Assembly (NCBI GenBank): GCA_003142535.1
Contig: PLMQ01000064.1
Coordinates: 188,372 to 252,371 of the forward strand
DNA: 64,000 nucleotides
Direction: 5' to 3'
From: Syntrophaceae bacterium
GTDB lineage: Bacteria > Desulfobacterota > Syntrophia > Syntrophales > Smithellaceae
A program made the translations under genes and the position numbers. Shown piece after piece: positions 46,018 through 55,207 of the stretch. Numbering within the stretch: position 1 is the first letter of the stretch; every line of letters starts with the position of its first letter. Below the pieces are notes generated by a model. That model made no database searches. It was not told the DNA's origin and saw only the letters and a program-made list of their open reading frames with translations.

Positions 46018-46113
46018 CCAATTCCGACCTGTAACCTCTCGCCACCTCTTGTGCCCTTTAGGGTATCAGGTGGTTAGGTTATACGCTTCGCTTGCGGAAT
46101 TGGAGTCTCATTA
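46018..46113. repeat. ~95 nt hairpin repeat unit U3
   Basis: Inverted repeat ccaattccg/cggaattgg. The interior is ctcttgtgccctttagggtatcaggtggttaggttatac, and it ends agtctcatta. My hand alignment to 47852-47945 gives 7 mismatches in ~90 positions with no gaps. Confidence 0.8.
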
Positions 46114-46114
46114 A

Positions 46115-46150
46115 TAAAAAAGGAGTTGTCCTCCTGAAAGTAAACTCCTC
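46115..46150 (-). terminator. probable intrinsic terminator of the tRNA-Gly/tRNA-Cys transcription unit
   Basis: The minus strand reads gaggagtt-N15-aactcct (or the inner stem aggag-gacaa-ctcct), followed by tttttt. Confidence 0.4.
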
Positions 46151-46158
46151 AATGCTGA

Positions 46159-46234
46159 TGGAGGCGGCATCCGGATTTGAACCGGAGAATAACGGTTTTG
46201 CAGACCGCTGCCTTAGCCACTTGGCTATGCCGCC
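46159..46234 (-). tRNA. tRNA-Cys (GCA), CCA encoded
   Basis: The reverse complement is GGCGGCATAGCCAAGTGGCTAAGGCAGCGGTCTGCAAAACCGTTATTCTCCGGTTCAAATCCGGATGCCGCCTCCA. The acceptor stem pairs GGCGGCA/TGCCGCC, the anticodon loop is CTGCAAA and the T-loop is TTCAAAT. Confidence 0.9.
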
Positions 46235-46245
46235 ATATTAGAAAA

Positions 46246-46320
46246 TGGAGCGGGCGAACGGATTTGAACCGTCGACGTCTACCTTGGCAAGGTAGCACTC
46301 TACCACTGAGTTACGCCCGC
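46246..46320 (-). tRNA. tRNA-Gly (GCC), CCA encoded
   Basis: The reverse complement is GCGGGCGTAACTCAGTGGTAGAGTGCTACCTTGCCAAGGTAGACGTCGACGGTTCAAATCCGTTCGCCCGCTCCA. The acceptor stem pairs GCGGGCG/CGCCCGC and the anticodon loop is TTGCCAA. Confidence 0.9.
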
Positions 46321-46387
46321 TCATTAAGAACGCGGGTGAATATAACAAATCAAACCTTCTTGTCAACAAAAAAGATGAAATATTATA

Positions 46388-47212
46388 CTAAGAATTGCTT
46401 ATTTTCATGCTTTTCATCTTTATGGAAACATCTATTAATTCTTTAACGTATTTCAAGTAGTTTTCCGTCCCCGTAAAAAATATATCATTATGACCGGCAG
46501 CCGGTATTCTTAATATTTCTTTATGCGACGAGCCGGCTGCTGCATAAAGTTTTTCTGCCTGTTCAATAGGAATCAAGAAATCTTCTTCGGCGTGAATGAT
46601 GAGCAGTGGTTTAAAAAAATTGCTAATTTTATCACTATTGGCGAACCCATCTCGTTCGTTTATTTGCAAATACGAAGGATCGGCACCCAGAGTTCTGAGC
46701 AATGACATTGTCTCCGCAAATCCACTTTCGATAATTAAACCATCAATCTTATCGCTATAAGTAGCTGCTAATTCCAGTGCCGATGCAGCTCCCAATGATC
46801 GACCCATGACTATTAATGGTTCATGATTGTCCGACAAACGGTCATGAATACATTTGAATATTTCATGGGCATCTTCAATCATGGATGTAATTGTCGGAGT
46901 ACCCGAAGAATGTCCATATCCGCGATAATCTGCACAAACAAACCGAATATCCATTTGCAGAAAGATATGAGCTATATCCAGATAATCGGAAGCTATTTCT
47001 CCGTTGCCGTGAAAAAAAAGAATGGAGCCACGCATATTTTCTTTTTCCGACCAGATAGTGCTGATAACTTCTCCATCGCCAATCGGTATCATTATTGATT
47101 TTACAAATTGATTGTCTAAAGTGCAAACCGGATCGTGTCGGGGATAAAATACGACATTATTTATTTCCGGAAGATCAATTTTGGAATAATCGATATTTTT
47201 CCAGTGAGTCAT
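46388..47212 (-). CDS. alpha/beta-fold hydrolase
   Basis: Motifs FFHGNGE and the nucleophile elbow GRSLGA, with a later D and an H (AAGHND). Confidence 0.75.
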   Translation of the reverse strand: MTHWKNIDYSKIDLPEINNVVFYPRHDPVCTLDNQFVKSIMIPIGDGEVISTIWSEKENMRGSILFFHGNGEIASDYLDIAHIFLQMDIRFVCADYRGYGHSSGTPTITSMIEDAHEIFKCIHDRLSDNHEPLIVMGRSLGAASALELAATYSDKIDGLIIESGFAETMSLLRTLGADPSYLQINERDGFANSDKISNFFKPLLIIHAEEDFLIPIEQAEKLYAAAGSSHKEILRIPAAGHNDIFFTGTENYLKYVKELIDVSIKMKSMKISNS

Positions 47213-47216
47213 TTGA

Positions 47217-47774
47217 TTATTTTCTTATACGGCGGTAAAATTTAATGAAATAATCAGCTCCGGAATAAATAGTCAGAACAAATGCAATATAAAGTATGGC
47301 CATTCCGATTACATGCATATCTGCCCCCAAGATAGGATAATGAATCATCAGTGCCGTTACAGCAAATATCTGCGCCACCGTCTTTTGTTTTGCCAAACGG
47401 CTGGCCTCAATATATATCCCTTCCGATGAAGCAATGCTTCTTATACCATCGACAATTAAATCCCGTATAATTGTGATAGCTACTATCCATGCCGGAATGC
47501 GGCCAATAGGAATCATCAGGATCATTGCCGTATTGACGATAAGTTTATCGGCGAGCGGATCAAGAAATTTACCCATTGTAGTGATTAAATTATATCTTCG
47601 CGCAATATAACCATCTAAAAAATCAGTTATGGATACGACTGCAAATAAGACTGCCAGAAGGAGGCTCCAAAATTCTCCCGGATTGAAAAGCAAAATAAAG
47701 AGAAACGGCACAACGCTGATCCGCAACAATGTTATTGTGTTGGGTAAATTAAATGTCTCATGTTTTGCGATCAT
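47217..47774 (-). CDS. pgsA: CDP-diacylglycerol--glycerol-3-phosphate 3-phosphatidyltransferase
   Basis: It carries the CDP-alcohol phosphatidyltransferase motif DGYIARRYNLITTMGKFLDPLADKL. 185 aa with 4 TM segments. Confidence 0.8.
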   Translation of the reverse strand: MIAKHETFNLPNTITLLRISVVPFLFILLFNPGEFWSLLLAVLFAVVSITDFLDGYIARRYNLITTMGKFLDPLADKLIVNTAMILMIPIGRIPAWIVAITIIRDLIVDGIRSIASSEGIYIEASRLAKQKTVAQIFAVTALMIHYPILGADMHVIGMAILYIAFVLTIYSGADYFIKFYRRIRK

Positions 47775-47851
47775 TATTCAATGCCTGATCATGGGTATAA
47801 TACCCTCCGCTTCGCGGGATTGCATAGTCCGCCACAGGCGGATTCAACTTA

Positions 47852-47945
47852 CCAATTCCGACCTGTGACCTCGCGTGACCTCTTGTGCCCTTTAGGGTAT
47901 CAGGTGGTTAGGTTATACACTTCGCTTTCGGAATTGGAGTTTCAC
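47852..47945. repeat. ~95 nt hairpin repeat unit U4 (same element as 46018-46113)
   Basis: Inverted repeat ccaattccga/tcggaattgg with the same interior module as U3. It ends agtttcac. Confidence 0.8.
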
Positions 47946-47976
47946 GACCACCGCTTATGCGGGATAGTTCAACTAG

Positions 47977-48016
47977 CCAATTTCAATGCACTATGTTTTT
48001 GAAATTGGAGTTTCAC
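47977..48016. repeat. short hairpin unit U5
   Basis: Inverted repeat ccaatttcaa/ttgaaattgg with a 12 nt loop. It ends agtttcac like U4 and lies 15 nt downstream of the tal stop on the minus strand. Confidence 0.6.
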
Positions 48017-48030
48017 TATAAAATTAAATA

Positions 48031-48678
48031 TTATTTCTTCGGTACTTTCTTCCAGTCTTCTAAAAACATTTCTATTCCTTTATCCGTTAAGGGATGCTGC
48101 GTAAGTTGTTTTATGACTTTAAGAGGAATAGTGGCAATATCCGCACCCATTAAAGCAGCATCAAGAACATGACGGGGATGACGGATACTGGCCACAATTA
48201 CTTCTGTTTCATATCCGTAATTATCGAATATTGTAATAATTTGTTCCACCAGTTCCATACCATCATGGGCTATATCATCCAGTCTTCCGACAAACGGGCT
48301 GACATAACGGGCGCCCGCTTTTGCCGCCATCAGTGCCTGTAAAGGAGAGAATATTAATGTTTGATTCACATCAATACCAGCATCGGCAAACATTCTTGTC
48401 GCCTTCAAACCTTCAGTGCAAAGAGGCACTTTAATTACGACATTTTCACCGAGACGCGCCAGTTTTTTGCCTTCGGTAAACATTGCTCTTGCTTCCAAGT
48501 CGACAACTTCCAAGCTTACCGGTCCTTTCACGCTCTTGAGTATTTCTTTAACTACGGCATCAAATCCTTTCTTCTCTTTAGCAATAAGCGACGGGTTCGT
48601 CGTTACTCCATCCACCATGCCCAGGCTCAAGCCTTCCTTAATTTCTTCTATATTGGCCGTATCAATAAAAAACTTCAT
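48031..48678 (-). CDS. tal: transaldolase/fructose-6-phosphate aldolase (short type 3B)
   Basis: [15 protein letters not shown]...GVTTNPSL...KVP. Length 215 aa. Confidence 0.9.
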   Translation of the reverse strand: MKFFIDTANIEEIKEGLSLGMVDGVTTNPSLIAKEKKGFDAVVKEILKSVKGPVSLEVVDLEARAMFTEGKKLARLGENVVIKVPLCTEGLKATRMFADAGIDVNQTLIFSPLQALMAAKAGARYVSPFVGRLDDIAHDGMELVEQIITIFDNYGYETEVIVASIRHPRHVLDAALMGADIATIPLKVIKQLTQHPLTDKGIEMFLEDWKKVPKK

Positions 48679-48686
48679 AGCTCCCC

Positions 48687-48959
48687 CTATTGCCTTTCTT
48701 TATTCCTTGCTGATATAAAACTATCGTAACACTCCTTACTGCAAAAGTAATATTTAATTCCAGCTAATTCTTTTTTATACGACTGACTGATCGGAATATA
48801 AGTATGACAGACAGTATCTTCCACCAATTCTTCCCTCTGAACATTCCCTGATGGAAATTGATCATTGTTCTTCTGAACAGGCTTTGTTCGGAAAAGGTAT
48901 CGAATAATTCTGTATAATACATAAATTATAACAGCATAAAGTATAAAACGAATAACCAT
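48687..48959 (-). CDS. small membrane protein with a C-terminal YHS/TRASH-like Cys motif
   Basis: N-terminal TM segment, then VCHTYIP...YYFCSKEC. Confidence 0.5.
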   Translation of the reverse strand: MVIRFILYAVIIYVLYRIIRYLFRTKPVQKNNDQFPSGNVQREELVEDTVCHTYIPISQSYKKELAGIKYYFCSKECYDSFISARNKERQ

Positions 48960-48981
48960 AAATACCCGCTTTGTTCTTCCA

Positions 48982-49473
48982 TTATTTGATAAGTTTTACA
49001 ATTTTGTTATCTTCCAGCCTATCTTTCAGTCCGCGAATGGAAATCCCAAAAACAGGATGAATAAAATATGAAGCAATTTCCGAGAGGGGCTCCAAAACAA
49101 AACGTCTTTTATGGATTCCCGGATGGGGTATAATTAAATCAGCTTCTTTAATTATTTCCTGATCGTAGAGAAGTAAATCTAAATCAATAATCCTTGGCCC
49201 ACCTATTTCTTTTCTTATTCGGCCTAATGATTTTTCGATGTCATGCAGTAAATGCAATAGATCACGGGCGACAAGTGTCGTTTTTATTTCGACCACAGCA
49301 TTAATAAACCAATTCTGCTCTTCATTGCCGACAGGCTCTGTCTCATAAAAAGAAGAAATTCTTGTCAATTGAATTTCTTGTATTCGGCTCAGGCTATTAA
49401 TAGCATCTTTGCACTTTTGCAAAGAATTTCCCAAATTGGAACCTATACCGATATAACAGATAACACCTGTCAA
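48982..49473 (-). CDS. folK: 2-amino-4-hydroxy-6-hydroxymethyldihydropteridine diphosphokinase
   Basis: Motifs IGIGSNLGN, YETEPVG, RIIDLDLLLY and PHPGIHKRRFVLEPL. Confidence 0.9.
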   Translation of the reverse strand: MTGVICYIGIGSNLGNSLQKCKDAINSLSRIQEIQLTRISSFYETEPVGNEEQNWFINAVVEIKTTLVARDLLHLLHDIEKSLGRIRKEIGGPRIIDLDLLLYDQEIIKEADLIIPHPGIHKRRFVLEPLSEIASYFIHPVFGISIRGLKDRLEDNKIVKLIK

Positions 49474-49493
49474 AGTTTTACGACCATTGCTGA

Positions 49494-50312
49494 TTATTTA
49501 TTGTCGCGCAAGCCTAAAACATCCTGCATATCATACAGGCCATTTTTCTGATTGACGATCCACTGCGCAGCACGAATAGCTCCTTTGGCAAAATTATCAC
49601 GGCTCTGAGCACGATGTGTGAACTCCAGACGCTCCCCTATTCCGCCAAAAATAACCGTATGTTCACCGACAATATCTCCGGCACGAACCGTCTGAATACC
49701 GATTTCCTTTTTTGTTCTTTCCCCGATTAATCCTTTGCGCGCATAAACGCCAACCTTATCGAGATCACGTTCCAGTTTATCAGCAATAACTTGCGCCATT
49801 TTCATCGCGGTACCGCTGGGAGCATCTTTTTTCAAATGATGATGAGCTTCAACTATTTCCACATCATAATCATCGCCGAGAATTCCGGCGCAATATTCCA
49901 GAACTTTGAGCATGACGTTGACTCCAACACTCATATTCGGTGATAGCACACAGCGTGTGTGATTCGCCAGTTCTCTGACTTTTTTCATTTCATCAGCCGT
50001 AAATCCAGTGGAACCGATAATGATAGCCCGCTTTCTTTCTCCGGCAATTTTCAAATAATTGAGCGAAGCCTCATGATTGGTAAAGTCGATTACGACATCA
50101 GCAAGATCAATACAATCGGCTAATTTATCACAAACCAGTGCTCCGGTTTTTCCTAGGCCCAACCCCTGGCCGACATCGCGGCCAACAATGGGATGTCCTG
50201 CTACTTCTATAGCGCCGACAACTTTAATATCATCCATTGCCGAAATGAGGCTGATAATTCTTCCGCCCATTCTTCCGCCTGCTCCGGTTACAACTGCTTT
50301 AACCATGACCAT
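49494..50312 (-). CDS. dapB: 4-hydroxy-tetrahydrodipicolinate reductase
   Basis: Motifs VVTGAGGRMG and EAHHHLKKDAPSGTA. Confidence 0.95.
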   Translation of the reverse strand: MVMVKAVVTGAGGRMGGRIISLISAMDDIKVVGAIEVAGHPIVGRDVGQGLGLGKTGALVCDKLADCIDLADVVIDFTNHEASLNYLKIAGERKRAIIIGSTGFTADEMKKVRELANHTRCVLSPNMSVGVNVMLKVLEYCAGILGDDYDVEIVEAHHHLKKDAPSGTAMKMAQVIADKLERDLDKVGVYARKGLIGERTKKEIGIQTVRAGDIVGEHTVIFGGIGERLEFTHRAQSRDNFAKGAIRAAQWIVNQKNGLYDMQDVLGLRDNK

Positions 50313-50347
50313 CTCCTTGATATTTATATTTTAAGCCAATTTTAATC

Positions 50348-51223
50348 CTATTTAATCAGACCGTAATTAATCATGACTTTTTTCAATTTCTCCAAATTAG
50401 CATCGGCCATTTTGCAAAGAGGCAGTCTGAATTCGTATTGAATCTTCCCCATCAAGTGCAATGCAGCTTTAACCGGTACCGGATTAACTTCGATAAAGAG
50501 AGCGTCAATCAGCGGGCTCATTTTATGATGCAGATTTTTCGCTTTTTCCAGATCTTTAGCGGCAAACGCATCCACCAGTGCAGCCATATCGGCTGGCGCA
50601 ACATTGGAAAGAACGGATATGATACCTTTGCCACCCATTGCCATTAAAGGCAGGGTAAATAAATCATCGCCGGAAAGGACATCGAAATCAGCGCCACACA
50701 GGCCAATAACATCACTCATTTGCTTGATTGATCCTGACGCTTCTTTAATACCGACAATGTTTTTAATTTTTGCCAGTTTGGCCACCAGTTCCGGAGACAT
50801 ATTTACTCCCGTACGGCTCTGAATATTGTAAGGCACAATAGGAATAGGCACTTCTTCGGCAATCTTTTTGTAATGCTGATAAAGCCCTTCCTGAGTAGGC
50901 TTGTTGTAATAAGGACAAACAATCAACGCTCCATCCGCCCCTGCTTCGTATGCGTGTTTTGTCAAACGCAGTGCCTCCGCAGTGCTGTTGGAGCCGGTGC
51001 CGGCAATAACAGGTACTCTTTTCTTAACTGCATCAATCGTTATCTCGATGACGCGATCGTGCTCTTCGTGAGTCAGTGTTGGAGATTCACCTGTAGTTCC
51101 GCAAGGCACGATTCCATCAGTTCCATTGGCAATCTGAAATTCAATAAGTTCGCGCAGCGCATTTTCATCTATTTGACCATTTTTAAAAGGTGTGACAATG
51201 GCTACTAGTGCTCCTTTAAACAT
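50348..51223 (-). CDS. dapA: 4-hydroxy-tetrahydrodipicolinate synthase
   Basis: Motifs GTTGESPTLTHEEH, YYNKPTQEG and IVGIKEASG. Confidence 0.95.
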   Translation of the reverse strand: MFKGALVAIVTPFKNGQIDENALRELIEFQIANGTDGIVPCGTTGESPTLTHEEHDRVIEITIDAVKKRVPVIAGTGSNSTAEALRLTKHAYEAGADGALIVCPYYNKPTQEGLYQHYKKIAEEVPIPIVPYNIQSRTGVNMSPELVAKLAKIKNIVGIKEASGSIKQMSDVIGLCGADFDVLSGDDLFTLPLMAMGGKGIISVLSNVAPADMAALVDAFAAKDLEKAKNLHHKMSPLIDALFIEVNPVPVKAALHLMGKIQYEFRLPLCKMADANLEKLKKVMINYGLIK

Positions 51224-51247
51224 ATAAAAGCCTCCTCTAATTATAAA

Positions 51248-51694
51248 TCATTTAAAATTTATTTCTACCGTAGCCGCTTCCGAGCAATTTCCATTATCTT
51301 CACAAAGCATTAAACGGTAATTATATATCTTCCCTTTTGATACTGTTTTATCGGTATAATTAAGAGTATTTTGTTCTTTAGCAGCCGGCATTGCTTCGTT
51401 TAAGGATACCTGGCCGATTCTCTCAAAAGTACGCGGACAGTCTTTGCACTCATTTCCCGGCGCACCGACCTCGCTTCTCTCTATACCGATATATTTTATC
51501 AAGCGATTGTTGTCCTGCAAATTCCATTTCAGTATTACGGAATTTTCTGTTGCAATAATTTCCAAATTTTTGACAATTGGTTTATTGTCTGCCGCAGAGG
51601 AATAAGGAACCGGATTCCCTTTTAATCCACAACCTGTAATTAGCGCAATAAAAACTAATATAAAAGAACTAAATATTGCCGGAGTTTTTTTCAA
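51248..51694 (-). CDS. lipoprotein with an LptM/YifL-like lipobox region and an added beta-rich domain
   Basis: The signal plus lipobox is LITGCGLKGNPVP (compare the GCGLKGPL of the E. coli small lipoprotein as I recall it). The start overlaps the argH 3' end by 26 nt. Confidence 0.45.
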   Translation of the reverse strand: MKKTPAIFSSFILVFIALITGCGLKGNPVPYSSAADNKPIVKNLEIIATENSVILKWNLQDNNRLIKYIGIERSEVGAPGNECKDCPRTFERIGQVSLNEAMPAAKEQNTLNYTDKTVSKGKIYNYRLMLCEDNGNCSEAATVEINFK

Positions 51695-53057
51695 TTTCCC
51701 TTATCCTTTCCAAAACCGCTGCTGTTGCCGTACCACCCTTATGCGAACGGGAATTAATCGCTTTTTCCAGCTTTATGCTTTCTTTAATATCGGCAGTAAA
51801 TCCTTTATAGAATTTTTGATATTCTATTAATAATAATTCGTCCATAGTTTTTTTATTCTTTATGCAGTAGGCGACTATCTTTCCTACTATCTCATGAGAT
51901 TCGCGAAATGGTACGCCTTTTCTTACAAGATATTCCGCAACATCGGTTGCCGTGGAAAATCCACCCTGAGCCGCCGCGTACATTCTTGCCGCGTTGAATT
52001 TCGTCTGCCCGATCGCTTCCGTAAATATCTGCAGACAATCTTTAACAGTATCCACAGCATCAAACAACGGCTCTTTATCTTCCTGCAAATCGCGGTTATA
52101 GGCCATGGGCAATCCCTTGAGCAGAGTCATTATCGCAAAAAGATCACCGTAAACACGCGCTGCCTTCCCCCTGATTAATTCGGCCACATCCGGATTTTTT
52201 TTCTGCGGCATAATGCTGCTGCCTGTTGTATAAGCATCGGATATTTCCACAAAACCAAACTCATCGGATGACCACAAAATCAAATCTTCGCAAAAACGGC
52301 TCAAATGCATCATCACCAGAGACGAAGCAAAAATAAATTCAGCGATGAAATCCCGGTCAGCAACCGTATCCATGCTGTTTTTACTGACCTGCGGGAAATC
52401 CAACAGTTTTGCCGTATAACTACGGTCAATCGGCAGGCTTGTTCCGGCCAGCGCTGCTGCTCCCAGCGGCAAAATATCAACTCTGCCCCGGCAGTCACGC
52501 AACCTTTGCCCATCGCGTTCCAGCATTTCCCAAAACGCTAAAAGATAATGGGAAAGCAGCACCGGTTGAGCTTTCTGCATGTGCGTATAGCCGGGCATTA
52601 TTGTCTTAATTTCACTCTTGGCAGACCTAACAAGTTGCGACTGCAAAGCTTTCAGCAATGATAAAACATTATCAATTTCCGCCCGTAGAAAAAGGCGGAC
52701 ATCCAAAACGACTTGATCGTTACGGCTGCGGGCTGTATGGAGCTTACCGCCTGTATCACCAATCCGGCTGATTAATTCTTTTTCAATCGCCATGTGAATA
52801 TCTTCGTCAGACGGATTGAAAGCAATTTTGCCCTTTTCTACGTCTTTCTTGATTGCCGTAAGCGCGGCAACTATTTTTTCCGCTTCTCCTTTGGCTATTA
52901 TCCCCTGTTTGGCCAGCATGGCAGCATGCGCTATGCTGCCTTCGATGTCATACTGATATAATCTTTTATCATAATGAATCGAAGCCGTGAATTTCTCCAC
53001 ACTCTTGGCCGTCGGCTTTTGAAAACGTCCGCCCCATACTTTTTTTGCATTGGCCAT
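51669..53057 (-). CDS. argH: argininosuccinate lyase
   Basis: It begins WGGRFQ and carries the signature GSSIMPQKKNPD. Confidence 0.95.
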   Translation of the reverse strand: MANAKKVWGGRFQKPTAKSVEKFTASIHYDKRLYQYDIEGSIAHAAMLAKQGIIAKGEAEKIVAALTAIKKDVEKGKIAFNPSDEDIHMAIEKELISRIGDTGGKLHTARSRNDQVVLDVRLFLRAEIDNVLSLLKALQSQLVRSAKSEIKTIMPGYTHMQKAQPVLLSHYLLAFWEMLERDGQRLRDCRGRVDILPLGAAALAGTSLPIDRSYTAKLLDFPQVSKNSMDTVADRDFIAEFIFASSLVMMHLSRFCEDLILWSSDEFGFVEISDAYTTGSSIMPQKKNPDVAELIRGKAARVYGDLFAIMTLLKGLPMAYNRDLQEDKEPLFDAVDTVKDCLQIFTEAIGQTKFNAARMYAAAQGGFSTATDVAEYLVRKGVPFRESHEIVGKIVAYCIKNKKTMDELLLIEYQKFYKGFTADIKESIKLEKAINSRSHKGGTATAAVLERIREIEKNSGNI

Positions 53058-53077
53058 GTTTTTTTCTCCGAAAATAA

Positions 53078-54286
53078 TTATTTTCTCAAATAATTTTGTA
53101 TAATCAGCCGCAAAGCATTCAGTTTGATGAACCCTGTCGCGTCTTTCTGATTATAGACCTGATCCTTCTCAAAGGTGGCAAAAGCCTCGCTGTAAAGCGA
53201 ATTGGGCGATTTGCGCCCGACCACAATACAGTTGCCCTTGTATAATTTTATGCGTGCTGTTCCGGTAACATTTTCCTGTGTTACATCAATATATGCTTGC
53301 AGTGTCCGCATCTCCGGCGCGTACCAGAACCCGTTATAGGCAAGCTGTGCGTATTTAGGTGTCAGCGAATCGCGCATCAGCATCACTTCGCGGTCCATCG
53401 TAATTGATTCCAGGGCGCGGTGTGCCGCCCAGAAAACAGTGCCGCCCGGAGTTTCATAAATGCCCCGGGATTTCATGCCGACAAAGCGGTTTTCCACCAT
53501 ATCCACGCGGCCGATGCCATTGGCCCCGGCAATTGTATTAATATAATCCATCAATACCGCCGGTGACATTTTTTTGCCGTCTATCGCTACTGGATTGCCT
53601 TTGATAAAATCAATTTCCACATAAGTCGGTTTATCGGGCGCTGCCTCCGGAGACTTAGTCAATACAAATATATCTTCCGGCGGCTCCGCCCACGGATCTT
53701 CCAGAATCCCGCCTTCATGCGAAATATGCAAAAGATTGCGGTCGGAACTGTAAGGCTTGGCCTTCGTCAAGGGAACAGGAATATTGTATTTTTCGCAATA
53801 ATCGAACATGGATTCGCGGGAATTGAAATGCCAATTGTCATCTTTCCAGGCCGCAATAATCTTGATTCCCGGATTTAAGGCATAATAAGTCAGTTCAAAG
53901 CGTACCTGATCGTTGCCCTTCCCTGTCGCACCGTGCGATACCGCGTCAGCCCCCTCTTTTTGCGCAATTTCAATTTGCTTTTTGGCAATTAACGGCCGGG
54001 CAAGTGATGTTCCCAGAAGATAAGTGCCTTCGTATAGAGCGTTGGCGCGTAGAGCCGGAAATACAAAATCGCGGGCGAATTCTTCGCGCAAATCTTCAAT
54101 ATATATCTTACTGGCTCCGGTATTAACGGCCTTCTCTTTCAGACCGGTTAATTCTTCTTTCTGACCCAAATCGGCAGCAAAACAGATGACCTCACATTTA
54201 TACGTTTCAATAAGCCAGCGCACAATTACCGACGTGTCCAGCCCGCCTGAATAAGCCAGTACGACTTTTTTAATTCCTGTTGACAA
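53078..54286 (-). CDS. argG: argininosuccinate synthase
   Basis: Motifs AYSGGLDTS and [16 protein letters not shown] start. Confidence 0.95.
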   Translation of the reverse strand: MSTGIKKVVLAYSGGLDTSVIVRWLIETYKCEVICFAADLGQKEELTGLKEKAVNTGASKIYIEDLREEFARDFVFPALRANALYEGTYLLGTSLARPLIAKKQIEIAQKEGADAVSHGATGKGNDQVRFELTYYALNPGIKIIAAWKDDNWHFNSRESMFDYCEKYNIPVPLTKAKPYSSDRNLLHISHEGGILEDPWAEPPEDIFVLTKSPEAAPDKPTYVEIDFIKGNPVAIDGKKMSPAVLMDYINTIAGANGIGRVDMVENRFVGMKSRGIYETPGGTVFWAAHRALESITMDREVMLMRDSLTPKYAQLAYNGFWYAPEMRTLQAYIDVTQENVTGTARIKLYKGNCIVVGRKSPNSLYSEAFATFEKDQVYNQKDATGFIKLNALRLIIQNYLRK

Positions 54287-54298
54287 TGTTGCCTCCTC

Positions 54299-55207
54299 CT
54301 AAAGTAATATTTCCAGGATTGCCTTTTGCACATGCAGACGGTTTTCCGCCTGATCAATCACGACCGAGTGCGGGCCATCAATAACGTCGGCCGTTATTTC
54401 CTCTCCACGGTGTGCCGGCAAACAATGCATGACAATGGCATCTTTCTTTGCTTCTTTTAAAACATTTTTATTTATTTGATAATTTTTAAATATTTCTTTT
54501 CTTTCTTCCTGTTCGGCTTCCTGCCCCATACTGGCCCAGACATCCGTATAAAGAATATCCGCATTTTTTGCAGCCGTGAGCGGATCACGATAAATATTAA
54601 TTCCATCTTTCGATTCTTTAATACCTTTGGCCATAATATGAGTGTCAGGGTCATAGCCTTCCGGGCAGGCTAAAGCAAGTTCAAAAGGCAGTCTGGCCGC
54701 AGCCTCAATCCAGGTATTGGCAATATTGTTGCCGTCGCCAATATAAGCAATCTTCAATCCCTCATAAGAGCCTTTCTTTTCTATAATCGTAAACAAATCG
54801 CTCAATATCTGGCAGGGATGCAGTAAGTCGGTCAAACCGTTAATTACTGGAATTGACGCATAACGGGCAAAATCTTCAACGCTGGCCTGCGCATAAGTCC
54901 TGATCATAATACCGTTCAAATAACGTGACATCATCCGCGCCGAATCGGCAATAATTTCGCCGCGGCCGATTTGCGTATCGCGGGAATTTAAAAACAACGC
55001 AATGCCGCCTAGCTGATACATCCCGACTTCAAAAGATATTCTGGTGCGGGTGGAAGATTTATCAAAAATCATTCCCAGTGTTTTACCCTTCAACAAAGTA
55101 TGGGGACGTCCCTGTTTCAACGCTTTCTTCAGCCTGCCGGCTTTGGCAAATATTTTTTCAAAATCGGATAAATCAAGCTCGTAAACACTTAATAGATCTT
55201 TTTTCAT
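54299..55207 (-). CDS. argF: ornithine carbamoyltransferase
   Basis: Motifs STRTR, HPCQ and HCLPAHRGEE. Confidence 0.9.
   Translation of the reverse strand: MKKDLLSVYELDLSDFEKIFAKAGRLKKALKQGRPHTLLKGKTLGMIFDKSSTRTRISFEVGMYQLGGIALFLNSRDTQIGRGEIIADSARMMSRYLNGIMIRTYAQASVEDFARYASIPVINGLTDLLHPCQILSDLFTIIEKKGSYEGLKIAYIGDGNNIANTWIEAAARLPFELALACPEGYDPDTHIMAKGIKESKDGINIYRDPLTAAKNADILYTDVWASMGQEAEQEERKEIFKNYQINKNVLKEAKKDAIVMHCLPAHRGEEITADVIDGPHSVVIDQAENRLHVQKAILEILL

Noticed and set aside
46177-46446. 89 aa plus-strand ORF spanning both tRNA genes
   Set aside because: It overlaps two well-formed tRNAs on the opposite strand and has no RBS or motif. I treat it as a chance ORF.
45770-48016. Possible CRISPR array suggested by recurring gtgaaactccaatt / atgagactccaatt starts (minus strand) at ~70-100 nt spacing
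   Set aside because: The units differ in length (40 to ~130 nt). Only ~15-20 nt are shared at one end. Each unit is internally self-complementary, unlike a repeat-spacer array. The two loci are separated by genes, and no cas genes are in the window.
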